Source: Azolla caroliniana (Eukaryota > Plantae > Polypodiophyta). From it: a DNA stretch of 11,674 nucleotides. The notes beneath the pieces were generated by a model. It worked only from the letters and a program-made list of their open reading frames with translations, searched no databases and was not told where the DNA came from. The first letter of the stretch is position 1; each line of letters begins with the position of its first letter. The position numbers and the translations under genes were made by a program. Positions 1 to 7,530 of the stretch are shown here, one piece after another. The stretch is from assembly GCA_043228905.1 (NCBI GenBank), contig JBHGNT010001138.1, positions 1 through 11,674 on the forward strand, read 5' to 3'.

Positions 1-1
1 A

Positions 2-781
2 ATCCAATGCGATAACCTCAATAGCATCCAGCTAGCTAAGAACCCCATCTTCCACGCCCAAACTAAGCACATTCAGGTGCACTACCATTTCGTCCATGAG
101 CGTATCCTCTCCGGTGAAGTCGAACTTCAATATATTCCGATGGATCGGCAGAATGCCAACATCTTCACCAAGCCTCTTGGTTTGGACAAGTTTCGGCAAT
201 TCTCGGGTGCGCTTGGGTGGCATCACCTCGACGTGCCGAACTTGAGGGGGAGAAATTTCTATGATGACAACGGAAGGGAGCAAGAAAGGAGTGGAAAAGA
301 TAGTGACGCCGAGTCGGATGATAAATTTGATTTCGGATCGGCTGAAGAAGCCAAGGGTGGATCCGCGGAAGTGTCCGAAAGCGGACATAAGGGGAGCAGT
401 TGAAAGAAAGATCCAAAGCCAACCACACGTGGGGGAGACGAAGCCATCAAGGGTGAGAAGACCGAAGACGAGTTGGAGACAGCCAACTCGAACGAGAGCG
501 AAAACCGATCGGAGGAAGCCGAGTCGGTTCGGATGTTTGATTCGGATACGCTAAATCAACCAAGGGCCAAGCGGAAGAGAAGGCAACAGAAGAGGCGCCA
601 ACACCGCAACAGCAAGGAAGCTGAGAAGGATCTTGTAAGCAGACAAGCCGACCGGAAGTGTCAAGGCATGCAGAATCGAACGGGTCGAGGAGCGCGAGCG
701 AGGCGTGAAGCCAGAAGGAACCGGAGCATAGATCCGGCGGAGCAAGTGGAACCTCAAGTTGAGCTTGAGGGGGACTGTTGA
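2..781 (+). pseudogene. pol: Copia pol C-terminus: RNase H plus acidic/basic tail, one internal stop (TGA 401-403), 5'-partial
   Basis: ORFs 77..403 and 473..781 share a frame, separated by one TGA. The frame ends at TGA 779-781 inside the LTR. Confidence 0.85.
764..775 (+). other. Polypurine tract of Copia-B
   Basis: CTTGAGGGGGAC immediately before TGTTG at 776. Confidence 0.85.
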
Positions 782-1180
782 GAGACAAGCTCAACATTCA
801 TGCATAATATGATGCGTAACCCAGTGCGTAGACTCGTAAATCGGTACGCATAACATGGCCGTATTGGTGTGAAAACTGCGAGGCCGTTGGGAAGATATTC
901 CTCGTTAGGAATAATTTTGGGAGTTAGTGTAGTAGGCTCATATATGAGTGGTCAAGTACTGTCAATACTTATGTCAGCCCTATTGTCAGGGCTTGTATAA
1001 AAGGTGCTCACTGAGCACGGTATATGTACAGATTGAGTATTATTTTGAATTGTGTTTCAGTGTGTTCTCTCTCTCTGTCTCTCTGTCTCTCCCGCGTACT
1101 ATGTATATTCAAGTTCTCCATTAAACCTGCGTTTCTCTTGTGTTTGGTTTTCTACTTGCTTCCGCACTCTATTCTTTACA
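776..1180 (+). repeat. Copia-B 3' LTR (405 bp)
   Basis: Starts TGTTG after the PPT and ends TTACA. TATAAAA at 996-1002; CT-rich tract at about 1067-1093. The right boundary is fixed by the switch to gypsy LTR sequence (1181 aligns to 7248). Confidence 0.88.
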
Positions 1181-1290
1181 AAAAGATATATATAATGTGA
1201 AGAGAGTATACAATAGTAGCTAGGAGTCTTAAAACTGGCATTGAACTGATTTGGTTCAAAATAATGCCTTGTGCCTCCTTTTATAGTGTT

Positions 1291-1338
1291 CTCAGGAGTA
1301 GTCTTGAAGTTTCTAGAATGTTCCAGAGAATTCTGGAA
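1291..1338. promoter_or_regulatory. Heat-shock-element-like nGAAn/nTTCn array upstream of the LTR TATA box (TATAAAA, minus strand, 1279-1285)
   Basis: GAA gt TTC ta GAA tg TTC ca GAG aa TTC tg GAA (1306-1338): 6 of 7 perfect units in 5-bp phase, plus three degenerate in-phase units at 1291-1303. Confidence 0.75.
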
Positions 1339-1392
1339 TATACATTAATTTTCTATAATAAAACATAAATGAAAATAATATTTTATGTATTA

Positions 1393-1464
1393 CAATGTAT
1401 GGTCTAATGGTCAAGAGCTCGACCCATGTAGCATAAGGTCATGGGTTCGAGTCTTGCCATATCA
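1393..1464 (+). promoter_or_regulatory. tRNA-like Pol III A/B-box module in gypsy U3, antisense to the element
   Basis: A box TGGTCTAATGG at 1400-1410 and B box GGTTCGAGTCT at 1444-1454. T8-T54 distance is 46 nt. D stem partly kept; acceptor and anticodon stems degenerate. Confidence 0.65.
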
Positions 1465-1469
1465 TGACA

Positions 1470-1484
1470 CTATCCTCCCTTTAA
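1470..1484 (-). other. Gypsy polypurine tract
   Basis: Minus strand reads AAAGGGAGGATAG directly before TGTCATG (1469). Confidence 0.85.
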
Positions 1485-1530
1485 AATGACGAGTGTGACG
1501 AGTCGTTTTGGATTGAGGATCTAGTTTGTT

Positions 1531-1692
1531 TGGATATTGACGATGGAAGTCTTCAATAAGAGCACGAGCATTGGTCACATTCTCTATCGGTTCCCAAGCA
1601 TGTTCACTAGGACTATATCCTAACCAATCGAATTGATAGTAGAGCTTGTTGCGAACAATCTTGGAATAAAGGATGGCGGCAACCTCGCACTC
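1531..1692 (-). other. Integrase C-terminal chromodomain (group I-like), absent from the ORF track
   Basis: Hand translation past the TAG at 1726: ECEVAAILYSKIVRNKLYYQFDWLGYSPSEHAWEPIENVTNARALIEDFHRQYP. Confidence 0.9.
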
Positions 1693-4600
1693 AGGTCCAT
1701 CTTCAAGCTCGATTGAGGGTGGAGGCTATGTAATATGTCCTGGGATGGTGCTCTCTTGATAGGGTTCGAGGAGAGAAATATGAAACACCGGATGTATCCG
1801 AAGTTGTAGAGGTAGATCGAGACGAAAAGCGACATCATTAATCTTTCCTATAATACGGAAAGGACCTAATCGCCGATAATTCAACTTCTCGCATGGGCGA
1901 GTCTTGATGTGTCGTCGTGGTAGCCATACCCGATCTCCAATGTTAAAACTAGATGGATGTCGATGACGATCCGCGCATACCGTGTGTGTTTGTTGAGCTT
2001 GTTGGAGATGAGTAGATAAATCGGCTTGTATCTTGTGTAACTGCTCTAAACGATCCTTTGCGCAAGGATTTGTGGACAACTCTGGGGTTTCAAATACACA
2101 CCATCGGGGGTGACAACCCGTATAAGCATAAAATGGCGTAACTTTAGTCGATGCGTGGACAGAGTTATTATAGGAAAATTCGGCGAACTGGAGAATATCT
2201 GCCCAGTCATCCTGATGATAGCTTAGAAAGCACCGAAGATACTGCTCCAACGTTTGATTTGTTCGTTGTGCTTGGCCATCGGTTTGTGGGTGGTAGCCGG
2301 AGGAGAGGTTACAAGTGACCTTGAGCATTTTAAAAAGGTGCTTCCAGAATTTCGATACAAAATGGGGTCCACGGTCCCTGATGATACTATCGGGAAGGCC
2401 ATGATGTTGACATACTTCACGCATGACAATTTTAGCGGTTTCTTCACTAGAGATTTCCTTAGTACATGGAAAGAAATGAGGCATCTTCATATATCGATCT
2501 ATGACTATTAGAATCGCATTGAACCCCTTAGAGACTGGAAGATCTGTGATGAAGTCTAGAGCAATGGATTGCCATGGCTTGCTTGGAATTGGTAATGGTT
2601 CTAATAAACCATATGGATGATTCCTTGGCATTTTTGCTCTACAGCATGTATCACAAGTCCAAACAAAATCTTCGACAAATTGTCGCATACGGGACCACCA
2701 AAATGATCATTGTACTAAATCTAATGTTTTAGTACTACCAAAATTCCTAGTTGTATATGTGTCATGACAGTTTTGGAGTACTCGAAGGTGGCAAGAACCA
2801 TTAGGAGCATACAAGAGTTCATTAAAGAATAGTAATCCATTATGGTATATGAATTGTCGATAGTCCGTACCTGGTGGTTGCGACTGTGAACAAGATGCTC
2901 GAGAGGGATCAATTTGTGCTAGAATGTCTTGGGCGAAAGCATCGGTCTTCAAGTCCTCATGTATAGTATCGATAACGTGGGAATCCAAGGGCATGCCAAA
3001 GACATGTGTTGCTTGCAGTCGTGTTGGTCCCAAGATTACTTGCTTCTGGTTATCAAAAGTTGGCTCACCGGGACGCGGTGCTAGGTACGAACATCGTGAT
3101 AATGCATCTGCCTTCCCTTGGTGCTTCCCCGGACTATATGTAATTTTGAAGTCGAAACGCGTGAGGAAGTGGGCCCACCGAGCTTGACGTCAATTTAACA
3201 CACGAGCGTACTGAAAGTAGGCAAGGTTTTTGTTGTCACTGAATACGGTAACTTGATGAGAGGATCCATCTAGAAAATGCCTCCATTGCTTAAAAAAGTC
3301 CACTATTGCCAATAGCTCCTTATCATGAATTTCGTAGTTGATTTCGGCGGCGTCAAACTTGCGTGAGTGAAAAGCCACAGGATGTAGCTTCTCATCATTA
3401 CCCTGTTGTGACAGAATGCTCCCCAATGCGAAATCTGATGCGTCTGCTTTGATAATGAATGGTTTTTCTGGATCGACATGAGCTAGAATTGGTGCCGATG
3501 TAAATGCCTTTTTAAGACTCTCGAAAGCCATGTCCGCTTCTTCAGACCAAACGAATGATTGTCCCTTCCTGGTAAGCTGTGTGAGAGGCAGAACGAGCTT
3601 TGAGTAATCTTGTATGAACTTCCGATAAAAATTGGCAAAGCCTAAAAAGCATTGCACATCTCACACCGAACGCGGAGTCTGCCACTTTACCACAGTTTTG
3701 ACCTTAGTTGGGTCCATGGAGATGCCTTCCGAGGAAATTACATAGCCAAGAAATTCCACCTGGTTGCACCCAAAACTACATTTTTCTAGCTTTGCATAAA
3801 GACCATGTTCTCGAAGTCGTCTTAGTACTAACAGTACATGAGAATCATGCTCTTCTTGGGTCTTCGAATAAACCAATAGATCATCTAAATAGATGATCAA
3901 ACAAACATCCAAGAGATCTCGGAATATATCATTTGCCATGTGCTGGAAGACTGTTGGCGCATTAGTGAGGCCGAACGACATGACCGTATACTCGAAGTGC
4001 CCATATCTGGTCCGAAACGCGGTCTTCCATTCATCTCCTGGTCAGATCCGTACGAGGTTATAGGCTCCTCGTAAGTCGATCTTTGTGAAGAAGCTTGCAC
4101 CATTGATTCGTTCTAAAAGACTTGAGATAAGGGGAAGTGCATACCTATTTCTGATTGTAACCTTATTCAAGCCACGGTAATCTACAATGAGACGAAGTGA
4201 TCCATCCTTTTCCTTGACGAAGAAAATGGGTGCACCCGTTGGAGATTTCGAATGCCGAATGAAACCATTTTCCAAATTCTCGTCTATATAGGCTCACAAG
4301 ACTTCTAGCTCGGTTGGTGACAAATTATAGATTGGTCCCGATGGTGGCTCGTCCCGTGGTTGTAAATCGATGGGGCAATCATACGGTCGATGGTGAGGAA
4401 GCGTATTGGCTTGTACTTTATCGAACTCATCGGCATAATGATGATACTTTTTTGGAAGTTGAACGGTGGACTCCTTTTTAATGGTGCCTGAGGGCTTTAC
4501 TGATATTGTGAAGAGAAACATTTCTTCCTTGCGACCTTCTTCCCGCAACTGATGTAGTGAAATGGTTGCAATCTCATGAGTAGACCCTTGGGCTTTTCGA

Positions 4601-4977
4601 TACCGGATTTCTCTTGTTCTCCAATCTATGTTTGGGTTATGTAATTCGAACCATGGTAATCCTAAAACAATGGGGTGTTCTGGGATGCTAATTATATTAA
4701 ATGATATTGCACATGCTAGATTATCTAGGAAAATATTAACGGGCTCTGACTCTTCTATGATATTTCCGGAAGCAATGGGATGACCATCAATGACTACTAC
4801 AGAGGCTGAACACGGGAGTTTTCTGAGTGATATCTGATGAGCTTGGGCAAAGTTCCTATCCATGAAGCAAGACTTAGCTCTGGAATCTAGAAGTGCTAAG
4901 ACATGTACTGGAGGGGTACTTTTAGTATTAACTGTTACTTGGGCTACGAACACATTACTAACTTGCTTAGAGGGAAT

Positions 4978-5055
4978 GGAACCACTAATGGGTTGCACAG
5001 ATCTGGGGTTGTCCAACCAAACGGCTCCTATTTTGGCTGGACTTAGTCGTTTAAC
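4978..5055 (-). promoter_or_regulatory. Candidate -1 programmed ribosomal frameshift signal between gag and pol
   Basis: G TTA AAC (5055-5049), a 6-nt spacer ending in TAA, then an 11-bp stem GTCCAGCCAAA/TTTGGTTGGAC. Pol lies in the -1 frame relative to that TAA. Confidence 0.7.
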
Positions 5056-5641
5056 TCTTCTTCTAACTAACTAAGGACATCAAATTTGTTCGCTAGATTT
5101 GGGCTATTAGTACTATTAGGACTATCAGATATCCCTACTGAAATCAGAACTATAAACTATTTGGTTTACTTGCCTTCTTGGCCTATGGGGACAGTTTACC
5201 GCGATATACCCTGGTCCACCGCTATAAAGACATAGTCGGTTTGCTCGGTGTCGTTGCTTTTCTTCATCCGATAGCGGTCCACGAGGACGTGTAGTGTCAA
5301 TTTCCATCGGAGTTGGAGTACTTACTGGAAGCGCATTATCAGACTCCCTTGAAAAAGGTTTCGCTACCACTGAGGCATAGGTAGGCTCAGATCTTGCCCT
5401 TGGCATCTGGAACTGATGTTCCGAACACCGTTCGAATAGGCGATTATCGCATCTCACTCCGCAACTGATTCCTTCTGTTAATGACTTTGGTTCTTCGGGA
5501 AAGGTCAAGAGTAAATCTTTGACATTGTTACGTAGACCATAATGAAATTGCTCCATTAAATCTTGATCATCCTAGGGGATATCGGAGGTGAGTAGACGAA
5601 AATCTGCAGCGTCTGCAGAGGCTGGACGATCGCCTTGACGT

Positions 5642-6431
5642 TGTCGTGCCTTTCGGCTCCGGATCGTTTGCGTGAGTCGGGTGGGAACCGCCGAGGTTTT
5701 GGACTAGGAGAAAGAAGAATATGAGATGAGGCTAGTAATGAATAGATTATTAGAAAGAGAGATAGAAATTTCGTGAATCCCACGAGTGTATTGTATTCGA
5801 TTAATCAATATTTAGATAAGAATATGTATTTAGATTGAAAGAAAGATATAAGAAACTTGTGAATCCCACAAGTATAGATTATATTATTTTCGTGAATCCC
5901 ACGATTATATTAATCGGTTGGTGTTTTCGGAAATATATCCAATTTCCAAATATTTCACACGCCTATTACATTGTGCTCCCCATCCTTATGTAGTGATGGG
6001 AGAGACTAAGCATAGCTACATGCTTTTTTTCTAATATGTTCATGCACACTAAATGTGCATGTGATGCTTTTCTAATCCTTGCTTTTATTTGCTAAATATA
6101 GTGCTCATGCACGCTAGATGTGCATGAGTCACTTTTTAGTTGCTTGCGTTTTTCTATAAAATATTCACGCACTCTAAAAATGCACGATTTACCTTTTAAT
6201 AAAGGTAGGTGCAAATAAAGCACTTATAGTTATTAAATCTATTTGTAGAACACTAAAGATAAGGTAGCATAATGGTAAAGTTGAGGTTTGGCTACGTGGA
6301 GGTACAAGGTTCAAATCTTGCCCTATGCATGTGATAAATATCTTGATATTCTTATTTTATTTATTTATATGTAATTAAATCGGTTATATTATTTTTACTT
6401 TTTCACATAGTGTACGAAATACACTACGACA
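5642..6431 (-). mobile_element. Solo LTR (790 bp) of a third LTR family; orientation tentative
   Basis: Ends TGTCGT...ACGACA (6-bp inverted). ACGT at 5638-5641 and 6432-6435. Excision restores the gag frame (KIR*LRQGD). No coding content. Confidence 0.85.
6258..6328 (+). promoter_or_regulatory. tRNA-like Pol III A/B-box module in the solo LTR
   Basis: A box TAGCATAATGG at 6265-6275 and B box GGTTCAAATCT at 6308-6318. T8-T54 distance is 45 nt. T-runs follow from about 6355. Confidence 0.6.
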
Positions 6432-7090
6432 ACGTAGTCATCGGATTTTGTTGATTGTTGTCCTTATGCTGTCAGTATCTCCAAAATAGGCTTTAAACTC
6501 ACTTATAAATTCTTCAAAATTGTTTAGTAATGGAGATTCTTTTTCTAACAGCAAAGCGAACCATCCCAACGTTGAGCCACTTAACAACGTGCCTACAAAA
6601 CCCACTCGTGATGCATCGGTGGGATATCGGGAAGGATGCATTTGAATAACTAGTCATACCTGATTAAGGAACCCTCTAAACTGTGATCGCGTTCCATCAA
6701 ATTTCATGGGAAGGCCGATCTTCGGTTCTTTATGAATCCCTTGTGTTCCGAGTCCTTGTTGTTGCATCGCTATGATGGTTGCTTCGAGTTGTTGCACACG
6801 TAACGTGAGCTCCCTGTGTTGTTGTTTTTCCAACGCTATTTGTTGAAGATCCCCCAACAAACGGTGATTTTCTTGTTCTAGTGCTACAAATTTCTCTTTT
6901 AAGCACTGGAGGTCCGAGAAAACAGATTGGTATTCCTAAGCGGTAATAGTTTCCATTTTACTAGGGAGGATAAGAGGATTAGTATGAAAGGAAGAAAGGG
7001 GTAAGAAGATGAGGGAAACCGAAAAGAAGACCGGAAAAAGGGAATATGTAAGAAGATAAAAGGAAGAGGAGGAAACAAAAGGAGGACGGG

Positions 7091-7102
7091 AAATCGGTTC
7101 AA
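7091..7102 (-). other. Primer-binding site, self-priming type
   Basis: TTGAACCGATTT lies 2 nt after the 5' LTR end, lacks the TGG start of a tRNA PBS, and is a 12/12 complement of LTR sequence 7323-7312. Confidence 0.85.
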
Positions 7103-7104
7103 AC

Positions 7105-7530
7105 GGTCAGGATCAGTACTAAGACAATGAAGGAATTAGTACTAAAAGATGAGGATTAGTACTAAGAGAGGTGTAGAACTCTCGAGAGAAGGAAAGAGTG
7201 AGCGAGAGAGAGAGATAGAGAGAGAGAAAGGGTGAGAGAATGATGATAAAAGATATATATATATTATGTGAAGAGAGTATACAATAGTAGCTAGGAGGCT
7301 TAAGATTGGGGTTGAACCGATTTGGTTCGAAATAATGCCTTGTGCCTCCTTTTATAGTGTTCTCAGGAGTACTCCTGAAGTTTCTAGAGAAATCTGGAAT
7401 ATACATCAATTTTCTATAATAAAACATAAATGAAAATAATATTTTACGTATTACAATGTATGGTTTAATGGTCAAGAGCTCGACCCATGTAGCATAAGGT
7501 CATGGGCTCGAGTCTTGTCATATCATGACA
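7105..7530 (-). repeat. Gypsy 5' LTR (426 bp)
   Basis: Starts TGTCATGAT at 7530 and ends ATCCTGACC at 7105 (7/9 inverted match). TATAAAA at 7356-7350. The inner boundary is inferred from the inverted repeat and the PBS. Confidence 0.85.

Larger units (their letters stand above)
1..1180 (+). mobile_element. Ty1/copia LTR retrotransposon, 3' part (Copia-B): RNase H end, C-terminal extension, PPT, 3' LTR
   Basis: Frame 2 from base 2 reads IQCDNLNSIQLAKNPIFHAQTKHIQVHYHFVHE...QNANIFTKPL, the copia RNase H motifs. It is followed by a purine tract and a TG...CA LTR. Gypsy LTR sequence resumes at 1181. Confidence 0.93.
1181..1469 (-). repeat. Gypsy 3' LTR, truncated by the Copia-B insertion
   Basis: Aligns to 7248-7530 with about 15 substitutions over about 279 aligned bases (hand count) plus indels of 10 and 4 bp. 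Confidence 0.95.
1462..5055 (-). pseudogene. pol: Gypsy pol (PR-RT-RH-IN-chromodomain), one frame with 6 premature stops
   Basis: ORFs 4294..5016, 4042..4275, 3661..3981, 3190..3657, 2707..3033 and 1726..2688 all share one frame. It continues through the chromodomain to TGA at 1462-1464. Confidence 0.95.
5043..6956 (-). pseudogene. gag: Gypsy gag, split by a solo LTR, with several stops and one inferred indel near 5140-5160
   Basis: ATG at 6956 (METITA*EYQ...), retrotransposon gag motifs PMKFDGTRSQFRGFLNQV and LRQGDRPAS...EQFHYGL, PTPMEID, and a degenerate CCHC knuckle CLYSGGPGYIAVNC. Confidence 0.9.
1181..7530 (-). mobile_element. Ty3/gypsy chromovirus (Tf1/sushi-like, probably Tcn1 clade), near full length, inactivated
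   Basis: Minus-strand order gag - PR (ALLDSRAKSCF) - RT (YLDD) - RNase H (ADASDF) - IN - chromodomain, between two LTR copies starting TGTCATGAT. The clade assignment is inference. Confidence 0.95.

Noticed and set aside
32-797. Overlapping minus-strand ORFs opposite the copia tail
   Set aside because: Short shadows of low-complexity purine-rich coding sequence, with no support for an antisense gene.
1393-1464. Functional tRNA gene (also 6258-6328 and 7454-7525)
   Set aside because: Acceptor and anticodon stems do not pair. Kept only as tRNA-like promoter modules.
5771-5904. CRISPR-like array of palindromic repeats
   Set aside because: Repeats are only 15-19 bp and unevenly spaced, the context is a eukaryotic LTR, and there are no cas genes.
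7172-7180. TGTAGAAC as the inner end of the 5' LTR
   Set aside because: 7105 gives a better terminal inverted repeat and lies 2 nt from the PBS.
6899-7475. Hydrophobic ORFs 6899..7102 and 7119..7475
   Set aside because: Translation artefacts of the pyrimidine-rich 5' UTR and LTR.
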